64,000 nucleotides of DNA, from NCBI GenBank assembly GCA_964016885.1, contig OZ024743.1:250046001-250110000 (forward strand), given 5' to 3'. Below are positions 53,501 through 64,000 of this stretch, piece after piece (the first letter of the stretch is position 1; each line of letters starts with the position of its first letter). The DNA is from Eledone cirrhosa (Eukaryota). The notes beneath the pieces were generated by a model. That model searched no databases. It was not told the DNA's origin and saw only the letters and a list, made by a program, of their open reading frames with translations. The position numbers were made by a program, and so were the translations under genes.

Positions 53501-53891
53501 AGCAGTAGTGTGTATTAGGGACTCGTAAAACCTATCCTTAAGTTCGTCTGGCAGCCCCGATTGGGGTGCGTAAGCTGATATTATTGTGGTAATTGTCTTA
53601 TTCAGGACTAGTCTGAGTTTAATGATTCTTGCATTTACCCTGTACACTGAGATTACTTTATCTACCCACTTGTCAGCTAATAGTATACCTACACCACCCA
53701 TCCCATCGTCATTTCCCACCCAGAAAAATTTGTAGCACTGGCTTTTTCCTACAAGGACTCTAGCAGACCCTCCTCTCCATCTAGTCTCTTGCACACAGCA
53801 TACATCAACTTCCTTTCGCTCTAGCATTTCTACGATTTCTCCTGCTCTTCCTTTCATTGAGCCTACATTGATGGTACCAACTCGGAGTTTT
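50544..53891 (-). mobile_element. Young RTE-clade LINE with intact coding region, lacking its 5' UTR
   Basis: (ATC)n tail at 50544-50567, ~280-bp 3' UTR, single uninterrupted ORF. Both ends abut (TA)n/(TATG)n. Confidence 0.97.
50849..53890 (-). CDS. RTE LINE ORF: APE endonuclease + reverse transcriptase with embedded PHD finger (~1013 aa from KLRVGT; native start lost)
   Basis: APE motifs GTINV, QETRW, GVGIL, SAYAP, GDFNGHVG, QLDFIL, SQH. RT motifs YKGKG, NYRGIKL, QFGF, FVDLEKAFD, GVHQGSVLSP, YADD (51800-51811), GLKVN, FCYLG. RTE C-terminus RLRWYGHV..GRPK.TW..DR..WR. No stops. Confidence 0.95.
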   Translation of the reverse strand, partial: KLRVGTINVGSMKGRAGEIVEMLERKEVDVCCVQETRWRGGSARVLVGKSQCYKFFWVGNDDGMGGVGILLADKWVDKVISVYRVNARIIKLRLVLNKTITTIISAYAPQSGLPDELKDRFYESLIHTTALTDDKDFLIIAGDFNGHVGKHCDGFNRVHGGHGVGTRNEEGFRLLEFCDANDMSICNTNFKKPDNHLITYRSGEHSSQLDFILIRGRDRWTVVNTKAFPSEECTSQHSLVVSDLTVRTRRALKQRPTWRRKIWKLKVPSTSNRFKDILLNAYDSKEEQIETFNVEENWEFLKNNLLEATDEVCGWSKTSSRRRVTWWWNNKVDEAVKAKRQAWKEWKNGGSRVHYIETKREARRQVYLARREAEDRKFKHVLQREDQKQEVFKIARQCVRDSCDVIGEKCIRNDKGELALTSAEKKDAWKSHYDRLLNEENAWEEETLPHVDPIEGPAVQVSGSVVSKAIRDMKIGKATGPSGIAAEMLKASGSVGHTITTRIVNQVILEGAIPKDWCSSIIVNCYKGKGDALDRGNYRGIKLMDQVMKVTERVIAQLIRDRVNIDEMQFGFVPGKGTTDALFLVRQLQEKYLAKSKPLYLAFVDLEKAFDRVPRAVIWWALRKLGVDEWLVKAVQAMYRGAVSKVRIGNEYSEEFSVQVGVHQGSVLSPLLFIIVLQAITEEFKTGCPWELLYADDLALIAESMVELENKFQTWKQGLERKGLKVNMTKTKVLISRRENRTQIPSGKWPCSVCRKGVGRNSILCPKCKQWVHKRCSGISGSLIKNVGFTCSSCAETASKQPQETSTTNLWEGPVETVDSFCYLGDRISNGGGCSESTITRVRTGWKKFRELLPLLAAKGFSLRMKGRLYDACIRTAMLHGSETWALKVEDLRRLERNEACMLRWMCNSNIRERQSINELRERLSIRGIKCCVQERRLRWYGHVMRMKDDSCIKRCRALEVDGNRGVGRPKMTWDEVIKADLTQLHLSKSMTHDRDFWRHAVIQGTRPPMGTC

Positions 53892-53896
53892 GTATG

Positions 53897-53968
<72 letters not shown>

Positions 53969-53983
53969 CATACAAAACTCCGA
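53882..53983. repeat. Perfect 102-bp palindrome centred on (TA)32 at the LINE 5' junction
   Basis: tcggagttttgtatgtatg-(TA)32-catacatacaaaactccga. Confidence 0.95.
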
Positions 53984-53996
53984 TATATATATATAT

Positions 53997-55192
53997 ATCA
54001 TCATCATCACCGTTTTACGTCCGTTCTTCCACGCTAGCATGGGTTAGACGGGTTGTCCTGTTGTGGGCAGTGTCTGGTCGGCTGACCATGTCTTGCTCAT
54101 ACAGGAACTGATCTGGCTTGATTTCTACAGCTGGATGCCCTTCCTAACACCAACCTCATTTACAGTGAGTGCTGGGTGCTTTTTCGTGGCGCCTACACGT
54201 CCACTTTACAGTGTGGGCTGGGTGCTTTTTTGCCGTGGCACCTCCACGACCACCTTGCGGGGGGGGGGGGGGCATATTGTTTATATGCTTCAGCATGTAC
54301 CCATGGGAGGTCGGGTACCCTGTATTACTGCGTGACGCCAGAAGTCACGGTCGTGTGTCATTGACTTTGAGAGGTGTAGTTGGGTAAGGTCGGCTTTTAT
54401 CACCTCATCCGAAGTCATCTTGGGTCTCCCCACTCCGCGGTTTCCATCAACTTCTAGTGCTCTGCACCTTTTTATGCAGCTGTCATCCTTCATACGCATC
54501 ACATGTCCATACCAGCGTAACCGCCTCTCCTGCACGCAGCATTTGATTCCTCTTATGCTCAGTCTCTCTCTCAATTCCTTTATGCTTTGTCGTTCACGTA
54601 TATTACTGTTACACATCCATCGGAGCATGCAGGCTTCGTTTCTCTCTAATCTACGTAAGTCTTCCACCTTCAGCGCCCAGGTCTCACTACCACGCAACAT
54701 CGCTGTTCGGATACACGCATCATACAGTCTGCCTTTCATTCTGAGGGAGAAGCCTTTTGCAGCTAGCAGTGGTAGTAGTTCCCTAAACTTCTTCCATCCC
54801 GTTCTTACCCTAGTTATTGTACTTTCTGAGCACCCACCTCCGTTGCTAATTCGGTCACCTAGGTAGCAGAAGCTGTCTACTGTTTCTACAGGGCCCTCCC
54901 AGAGATTGGTGGTACTTGTTTCCTGTGGCTGTTTGCTTGCTGTTTCAGCACAGCTGCTGCATGTGAATCCTACATTCTTAATTAAGCTTCCTGAGATCCC
55001 GCTACATCTCTTGTGTACCCATTGTTTTCATTTGGGGCAGAGAATGGAGTTCCTACCTACACCTTTCCTACATACTGAGCAAGGCCATTTCCCTGAGGGG
55101 ATCTGGGTTCTGTTTTCTCGTCTACTTATAAGGACCTTAGTCTTTGTCATGTTGACTTTGAGGCCCTTTCTCTCTAGTCCCTGCTTCCAGGT

Positions 55193-55193
<1 letters not shown>
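53997..55193 (-). mobile_element. Young RTE LINE, 5'-truncated copy, head-to-tail upstream of the long copy; nonsense change in the PHD
   Basis: Near-identical to 50544-51750. TGC>TGA at 55028 (CPKC to CPK*), plus H>R and W>S substitutions. The 5' end abuts (TA)n. Confidence 0.97.
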
Positions 55194-55230
<37 letters not shown>

Positions 55231-55309
55231 TATATATACAGACACAAATGTGTGTATGTGTGTGCGCTTGTGTGTATATATGTATATATATATATATGCA
55301 CACACACAC

Positions 55310-55372
<63 letters not shown>

Positions 55373-57333
55373 GCTAGACTTCCAAACCACAAAGGGGCCC
55401 TTTTTATTACACATTACAGGATTACTTTAGAGACGGAAGTTAAGGGAGATGTGCTGTCTAATTGAGGGATTTTTCTGAATAAATGACAATACAAATGAAG
55501 GAAGGAGAGAAAATGAATGTGGAAGGATGGAAGGAAGAAAAATGGAAGAAAACTACAAAGAGAAACCAAGAAAATAATAAGAATAGGTATCATGATGAAG
55601 GAAATACAATAAAGAATTTTATCTGAAGAAATGACAATAAATTTAATCTGAATAAATAACAGTAACAATGAAGGAAAGAAGAAAGAAAAATACAAAAACA
55701 AAGAAAATAAAAGAACAAAACAAAGTAAATAAGATGAATTTTTTATCTGAAAGAAAAATGTTTATAAAAGGGGGGAAAAAATAATAAAATAAAAAAAATG
55801 TTAATCTTATTTTTTATTTAATTGGTTAATTTGTTAATTGGTGAATTGGTGATTGGCAAATTGGTGAATTGGTTTATTTGTTAATTGGAGAATTTGTTAA
55901 AGCCTCAGATTAAACCTTTCAATATCCACCTACATAACACAGCCTCCGGTTTTATAGAACAGTGAATATCATTAGAAATATGGTTATAAGGTTCAAATAT
56001 TACATCCTCATGCTCCTCTATTTTCTCTGTAGTCATAGGGATAAGTCACAATAAAATGCACCTAGTAGACTCTGTAAAATGGTTGACAATTCAGTAAAGG
56101 CAATATGATAACCTCCCTAATGCTGGTGCTATGATAAAATACACCCCATGACAATTCATCCAATTCATGCCAGCATAGCAGACAAGATGGTGATATGTTG
56201 TTTATCCCTTTTGATATCAGCCTACTCTACCACCACAAACTCTAGTTCTGATGAAACAAAATCACCCATTGTAATGGGTTCCTATTTAAATAAAAATCTT
56301 CCAATATAATGTTATATAAGAACCATTTGTAAAATTATGCGGCAAATACCATCTTATAATAAATAATTTTAATCACTTCATCCTAATTTTTTTATTAATT
56401 AATTCCAAGAGAGTGTATGTCATTAGAAATATGATCATAAAATGTTTAAATGATTGGGTATTTGTTCTGACTCTCGACATTCTGTTCAAATCCAGCCATG
56501 CCTTTCATCCTTTTGGGGTCAATAAATAAAACCCAAGTCAAGGGATGTTGGACTTGTTAAAGAGTCAGACAGGATAATTTGTGGTACCTGATCTGAATCT
56601 GAACATTGAGTTCAAATCCATCAGTCATACCTTCATAAAGTACCATCCAGGGGCAGTGGATTGGTGGAATTGTTAAATAGTCTGGCAGGATACCTTGCTG
56701 TGTCTGATCTGTATCTGTGCCATCTGTGACTGGAAATTTTATAACATTTCTGTCAGGGATTGTGACCAACAGATTGTATCAATAATGGAAAGACCAATGG
56801 AAAACATTGTTTCCTTGGACTGATCTGATGAGTGACTCTTTTCCTTTGCCCCAATGACAGAGGGAGAGCGAGACAGAAAGAGAGGGAGAGAGTGAAGTGA
56901 TTGGATAAATTAGAGAGTGCATGAAAGAGAGAGAGAGAGAGAGAGAGAAAATGTGTATAAGAGGGAAGAGAGAGTGAAAATGAGCAATTGAGTAAGTGTG
57001 AGTGGGTAAAAGAGTGAGTGATAAAGTTAGAGAGGGAATAAAAGAGTGAGTGAGACAGTGTGTGTGTGAGAGAGAGAGAGAGAGAGGGAGAGAGAGAGAG
57101 GGAGAGAGAGAGAGGGGGGGGAGTTAGTGAGTTAGAAAGTGTATGAGACATGAATGAGTGGAATAAATGAAAATAAATGAAATAATTCCCCCCACCCTCC
57201 GAAATGTCTTTGCTTCAAGAAAAGGTAATACAAAAACAAGAACAAAGTAAAACATAAGAGAACAAAGGATAGAGTTAAGACAATGTTAGAGTAAACTATA
57301 TAATAGCAGGGAAACTGAATGAAAGAATTTAAA

Positions 57334-57386
<53 letters not shown>

Positions 57387-57490
57387 TTAAACAACAACAA
57401 ATAAAAAAAACAAATAAGTTGTTTCTCTCCCTATCTTTCTCTCTAAAACAAAACATATAACCTGTTTCCCTCCCTAAAACAAAACATATA

Positions 57491-57542
<52 letters not shown>

Positions 57543-57669
57543 CCCTCTCTCAAACATAAAGCATGATTCTCTCTCGTTTTTTCTAAAACAAAACATATAG
57601 TCTCGTTCTCTCTCTCTCTCTCAAACATAAAGCATGTTGCTCTCTTTTTCTAAAACAAAACATATAACC

Positions 57670-57727
<58 letters not shown>

Positions 57728-58377
57728 TATCACTGAAAAAGCAAAACAAAGAAAAAAAACAAAGAAAACGGTGCATGAAACAAAAGATAAGGAGAAACAA
57801 ACTAGAGAGAGGATAGAAAGGGGGAGTAAGTGATGTGTAGGGGTCTATTGTAAAGGGGAGTGGTATTGAATGTTATTTGAATGAAAGAGATTTTTGAATA
57901 AGTTGGTTTAGTGAAGAAAAAAAACAAACAAACAAACAATTGTCTATTCCTAAATGAATAATTCTCTTTCACCACAACATAAACTCATTCCCTATTATTA
58001 CCATCCTTTTATCCCTCCATCTCCTGTACTATACCCTTTGTTAGTTGGTTATTTTTTTTTTTCTATTTTGTTCTTTCTCTTTCTTGGCACAACAATTACC
58101 TCCCTTTATCTCATACACGCTTATATACACTCTCTTTCTTTCCCCAGACCACCACTACCAACCTGTCATCATTATAGACTCCACCACTATCATCACATCA
58201 TCTCTATACATACCATCACAAAATAACAATAACAACACCACCAACAATATCACACGAACAAAGAAAAACTATGAATAAATTAAAAAATAAATATATCAAA
58301 ACTGTAAAACAAATAAAAAAAATAAAAATTTGAACAGAATGATCTCCATATATATATATATCTCCACACACACACAC

Positions 58378-58455
<78 letters not shown>

Positions 58456-58723
58456 TTCATATATATATTTTGTTTTGGTGTATTGATGAGTGAAAACAAT
58501 ATAAACCAATAATACCTAAAACTTGTTTTTTTTTCGTTTTGTAGATGCCTGATTGTTATTATTATTATTTGAGTGTTTGACTTTTCTGCCATTTTATTTT
58601 TTGCCCTTACTCAAACATAGATCCCTGATATTTTTAGTATCAATGAAAATTTATGTTTGTTTCGCTTTGTTTTTATTTTACTCTGATAAATGGTAATTTA
58701 GTAAGCCTTAAAGCATAGTGATA

Positions 58724-58771
<48 letters not shown>

Positions 58772-59075
58772 ATATATGTATATATACATAAAATAAAATA
58801 AATTAATAAATTATAAATGAAAATAACCTAGAATATAATCAGAAAATAACAAACAAAAAACCCTATCTATAGTGATACGGATTTTATTGGTGGAAGGTAA
58901 ATATATGCAGGAGGTTTTGAGTGTCATGTGTATATATATATATACATACATATATACATACACACACATATACATATATGTAAATATATATATATATGTA
59001 TAGATACATATATATATATATGTAAATATATATATATGTATAGATACATACATAAATATATATATATACGTATAG

Positions 59076-59125
<50 letters not shown>

Positions 59126-59127
<2 letters not shown>

Positions 59128-59417
59128 CATCATCATCATTTTACGTCCGCTTTTCCCTGCTTGCAAGGGTGGGACGGGAACTGATTCTGGCTTGATTTCT
59201 ACAGCTGGATGCCCTTCCTAACACCAACCTCATTTACAGTGAGTGCTGGGTGCTTTTTGCTGTGACACCTCCACGACCACTTTGCAGTGGAGTAAACTGG
59301 AGCAATGTGAAATAAAGTGTCTTGCTCAAGGAAACAACACATCACCTGGTCTGAGAATTGAACTCACAACCTTTCGATTGCAAGGCCAATGCTCTAACCA
59401 CTAAGCCATGTGCCTCC
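59126..59417 (-). mobile_element. SINE family B copy with a ~40-bp internal deletion
   Basis: Near-identical to 44163-44504 except that the aatgatatgg...ctacagct segment is missing. TA-flanked. Confidence 0.92.
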
Positions 59418-59914
<497 letters not shown>

Positions 59915-60548
59915 CATATTTGTAAGGCCTTAATAATGCTGTCAATAATTCTGTTTTCATAATCATAATCTTATATAGAAATAAATAAGAATGATGACAA
60001 TGTTTTTGTTATAGAAGAAAGACATGAAACCTCCACCACTCCCACCATTCTAAACAATTAAAATATAATCAGATTACATTTTAACTTTAGTGAATGTCTG
60101 AATGGTTTAGTATTCTTTCATTCTTTTACTGGCTTCTGTTATTATATTGTAGCCATGCTGGGGTACCATCTTGAAGGGATTTAGTCAATCATTTTGACCC
60201 CAGTACTTATTTTACCAATCTCTATTTGTTGAACCACTGCCGACTTATGGGACATAAAACAAACAGCTATGTCCCTCCACCACCACCACTACCACAACAC
60301 ACAACAACAGACTTATGTAAAGTTTCTATCTACCAAATTTTATATACAAAGGTGTTGGTCAACCCAAGGCTATAATAGAAAACACATGGTTGTGAAGCAA
60401 AATCCTGCTTCTGAAAGTTGCATCCGACCCATGCCAATATTGAAAAGTGGATATGAAAACGATGATGATGATGACATTAATGTTGAGAAGAGAATATCAA
60501 CAGTATGATAGTTATCAGCTAATGTTCAAATTTTTAACATATATATGT

Positions 60549-60579
<31 letters not shown>

Positions 60580-60664
60580 TAAATATGTGTGTGTATGTGA
60601 GTGTGCATGCAAGCTTAGAAATATAGACTTGATAACGATGACATATATATATATATATATATAT

Positions 60665-61001
60665 ACACTTATGCTCCGTGCTGCTTTAAACATGTCTTGG
60701 AGGGCACACCCAACAAATAAGGATCTCTATGGCAATATACCACCTATCAGCAGGTCAATACGTGGTCAGAGACTCAGATTTGCTGGCCACAGCAAGGAAG
60801 AAATAGCAGGTGATGTATTGTTATGGAGTCCATCTCATGGAGCGAGAAACGCTGGTCGTCCCAAGAAGACATACGTCAAGCAACTTGAGGACGATACTGG
60901 ATGCACTGCGAAAGAACTGGCAAATGCTATGAGAGACAGAGATGGATGGAGGAAATGTGTCGTAGAAAGCCGAGCAAGCTCGACCTGATGATGATGATGA
61001 T
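60665..61001 (+). mobile_element. 3' fragment of a third RTE-like family with (TGA)n tail, in (TA)n
   Basis: Open frame MLRAALNMSW..HPTN..LY...RLRFAGH...LLW.P..G.R..GRPKKTY...DTG....AMRDRDGWR; the stop codon runs into TGA repeats. Confidence 0.9.
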
Positions 61002-61049
61002 ATATATATATATATATTTAAACCTTATGAATTATCCAAGCTCTATAAT

Positions 61050-61220
61050 TATAACAACAGTTGATTGCTACAAATAATAACTTAGAAAATTGCGTAAATA
61101 CCCCCAGTGACAGAAAAAGGGGGCCACTGGCCATTGGTAATACTGATCCCTTTTTCCTGTCTCTCAGGGTATTTTATTCAATTTTCTAAGCTATTATTTA
61201 TTGCAATCAATTGCTGTTAC
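61050..61220. repeat. Imperfect fold-back (MITE-like palindrome) with ~70-bp arms
   Basis: gttgattgc..aaataataacttagaaaattg..aaataccc..gacagaaaaaggg versus ccctttttcctgtc..gggtattt..caattttctaagctattattt..gcaatcaat. Confidence 0.75.
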
Positions 61221-61949
61221 AGTTATTTTATGCATGTAGGATTCTCACATTTTCAAATATCTGCATCTTTCTGAGATGGTCTTCATATGCAACTAATCTA
61301 TAGTGGTATTGTTCTAAATATATCTTGCCTGTATCTTAAGTAAAATGGTGAGTGTTTCAGCATATATTTTCTACTATAGACAATAAAAAAAATCCATTTG
61401 CTTCCTTTCCATGGTTTTTGTTTTTCTTATTTCTTTTCATGGAAATATATAGAAATATACACAATAATCTGAACCTTTTCCTAGAAATATATGTATAAAG
61501 AATTGCACAATTTATATAAATCTACATATTGATCGTTCGAAAAGAAATAGTGTTTTCTATAACACAGTGTTTCCTAAGGTTGGTTCTGTTGAAAGCCAGG
61601 CTTTTATGAAAATAATCTGGAATTCTGGGCATTTTAATATTATGGACATGAGGTTAGACTGTCTAAGGAAATAATCGCTTGACAGATTTTACTGGCAAAG
61701 CCAAACAACAGAAGACCCAGTGGTAGGTGGCCACAAGCATGATGGTAAGAAGAAGAAGAAGAAGAAAAAGAAAAAGAAAAAGAAAAAGAAAAAGAAAAAG
61801 AAAAGAAAAAGATGAAGAAGAAGAAGAAGAAGAAGAAGAAGAAGAAAAAAAAGAAAAAGAAAAAGAAAAAGAAGAAGAAGAAGAAGAAGAAGAATAATAA
61901 TAATAATAATAATAATAATAAGAAGAAGATGACGACGACGAAGAAGAAG

Positions 61950-62222
61950 TAATATAGAGGGTAGGAGGAGTCAGATGTAAGGTTGTACTTGAATAGAAAT
62001 GTGATGTGAATGAGTGATGGTTTTTGGGTGAAGAAGTGACAGGAGCTCCAGAAGAAGAAAAAGGAGAAAGACTGAGGCAAAAGTTGTCAGAGCTGATCTC
62101 AAAACGCAGAACTTCACAGAGGAGACAATATAGAAATGCAACAGGTGGAGGAAAGCTGTGCTAGAAAAGACTTGTCCAAAACATGCAAGCATAGGAGAGT
62201 AAACTTTAAAATGATGAAGATA
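61950..62222 (+). mobile_element. Old RTE 3' fragment (short-3'UTR subfamily)
   Basis: ...aaagttgtcagagctgatctc...gctgtgctagaaaagacttgtccaaaacatgcaagcatagg...aaaatgatgaagat is homologous to 9230-9478. Confidence 0.7.
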
Positions 62223-62499
62223 ATATTTTATTATCCAAATTGATTTTCTCTTTAAAACAATTTTTGTTTCTTTTAAAGGCTTATTAAAGTTAGATTGGAG
62301 TCCTGCAAATTTTGGAATATCAAATAAGGGTTCCATATTTAGAACCTATTAGTGTAGCATATTTAGAAGAACTATGTACAAATTAAAATTTTAGAGAAGG
62401 TGCCAGCCATCCCCAAAATGACTAACTAAAATAAGACATTTTTTCCCATTTCTTTCTTTCCTCACTCCCATCTATCTTTCTATTTCTTCTTTTATTCCT

Positions 62500-62625
62500 C
62501 ATTCTATCTTCTGATGAAGTACTAATGTCTGAAATGTTGAGACTCTTTTCCTGCTATATTAAGCATTAAACTAATATGTATCTTCATTGTTCTGCATCAT
62601 TTGTTGTTTATCTGTTTACTGTTCA
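62500..62625 (+). mobile_element. Degenerate hammerhead-bearing repeat (same family as 25865-26000)
   Basis: CTGATGA at 62511, GAAA at 62531, and downstream homology to the 25.9-kb copy. Confidence 0.6.
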
Positions 62626-62818
62626 CACACACACACAGAATAGGGTATAAAGAAAAGCTAGGTAAAATCCATTGAAAATCCAAAAAAAATTTATTGCATA
62701 ATAGGGGCTCTTATATGTGTTTCAATGCCCATGAGAGCTGAAAAATTATGTTACATAAAATTGCCCTACATAAAATGGTTATTCCTATTTCCTCTCCTGT
62801 ATACATATATATATATAT

Positions 62819-63093
62819 ATCATCATCATCATCACTGTTTTACTTCCGTTCTTCTACGCTAGCATGGGTTAGATGGGTTGTCCTGTTGTGGGCAGTGTCC
62901 GGTCGGCTGACCTTGTCTTGCTCATATGGGAACTGATTCTGGCTTGATTTCTACAGCTGGATGCCCTTCCTAACACTAACCTCATTTACAGTGAGTGCTG
63001 GGTGCTTTTTCCCATGGCGCCTACACATCCACTTTACAGTGTGGACTGGGTGCTTTTTTGCCGTGGCACCTCCATGACCACTTTGCAGTGGGA
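62819..63093 (-). mobile_element. 3'UTR-only copy of the young RTE family (slightly older variant)
   Basis: High similarity to 50544-50821. (ATC)n tail, TA-flanked. Confidence 0.92.
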
Positions 63094-63104
63094 ATATATA
63101 TAAA

Positions 63105-63262
63105 ATGCTTCTTCACAACCTCCATCTACTAAATTTCACCCACAAGTCATTGGTCAACTCAAGGCTATAGTAGTAGAAAACACTTATCCATGGTGTCACC
63201 ACAGTGGGACTGAAACTGAAACCACATGGTTACAAAGCAAACTCTTTAACCATGCAGCTATC
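63105..63262 (-). mobile_element. SINE family C
   Basis: ttccatctactaaatttcacccacaag..ttggtcaactcaaggctatagtag..acactt..cacagtgggactgaaactgaaaccacatggttacaaagcaa. Confidence 0.75.
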
Positions 63263-63371
63263 ATAGTATATTTTTTTGTTTTACAAATATTAACAAGGGA
63301 ACCCGAATTGCTGATCCACTCTCACACATAACACAACACACCAGATCACCAGATCACCAGATCACCAGATA

Positions 63372-63578
63372 TGTCATATCAAACAGACATACTATTAAAC
63401 AGACATACTGTCAAACATATTGTCAAACAAACATACTTTCAGACTGACATCTTGTCAAACAGACAAACTGGCAGATAGACATACTGTCAGACACTGTCAT
63501 ACAGAAATACAGTCTGATAGACATATAGTCTGATAGACATACAGTCAGACACTGTCAAACAGACATACTATCAAACAT
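63372..63578. repeat. Degenerate ~16-bp tandem repeat (cagacatactgtcaaa)
   Basis: Direct inspection. Confidence 0.8.
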
Positions 63579-64000
63579 TGTTCTAACTGTAGTGGCCACG
63601 ACCTCATAATTTATTTATATTACTGTATATTTTTATATATTTGGCAGTAGTTGACAGTTGATTTATGCCTCAAAGTTGGCCACTCTGTACCCCTAGAGGT
63701 TTCAAACCTGTCTGGCAGTAGCAAAAGTAGTAGTAGTAGCAGTAGTAGTGGTAGATGGTACACAATTCTATGAATGTTATAGAGTCTAAGAATCAAATGG
63801 AGTAGTTTTTGATGTGTTTGTGAGTGTGTGTATGTATGTATATATATTAATACGCACACACACACACACACACATATATTATTTAATATATAAAAAATTA
63901 TCATATTTGCATAAAAGTCTTTTTACTTGAGTATTTGTTGGCACTTGACTCTTGGCAAACGTTTTTACATAACAAGACATCAACAAGGAAGAGAAAAGAT

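Noticed and set aside
50979-53528. Antisense ORFs (148, 209, 66, 72 and 77 aa) over the LINE
   Set aside because: Shadow frames of the sense ORF; their recurrence simply reflects copy identity.

Overview
Very AT-rich, microsatellite-dense eukaryotic DNA. The SINE and RTE repertoire and the (TA)n/(CA)n/(ATC)n content suggest an octopus (coleoid cephalopod); this is inference, with no database search run. No host gene can be firmly called. Almost all ORF-track entries are translations of simple repeats, and only a few candidate minus-strand micro-exons were seen. The window is dominated by retroelements inserted in (TA)n tracts. The main element is a young RTE-clade LINE present as three nearly identical copies (33996-35479 +, 50544-53891 -, 53997-55193 -). 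One copy has an uninterrupted ~1013-codon ORF: APE endonuclease plus RT, with a C4HC3 PHD finger inserted between RT motifs 6 and 7. Two copies sit head-to-tail, joined by a perfect 102-bp (TA)n-centred palindrome that duplicates the LINE 5' end and places upstream ATGs in frame with the ORF. The LINE 3' UTR carries a repeated pseudoknot + GNRA-hairpin module shared with a tRNA-derived partner SINE. Also present: Penelope-like remnants with hammerhead ribozyme motifs (one intact core, one fold-back copy, degenerate copies), CR1 and other RTE fragments, several SINE families (one with a long target duplication and an ATAAT^G target preference), TTAA-, TA- and hAT-type MITEs, minisatellites, and a candidate recursive splice site.
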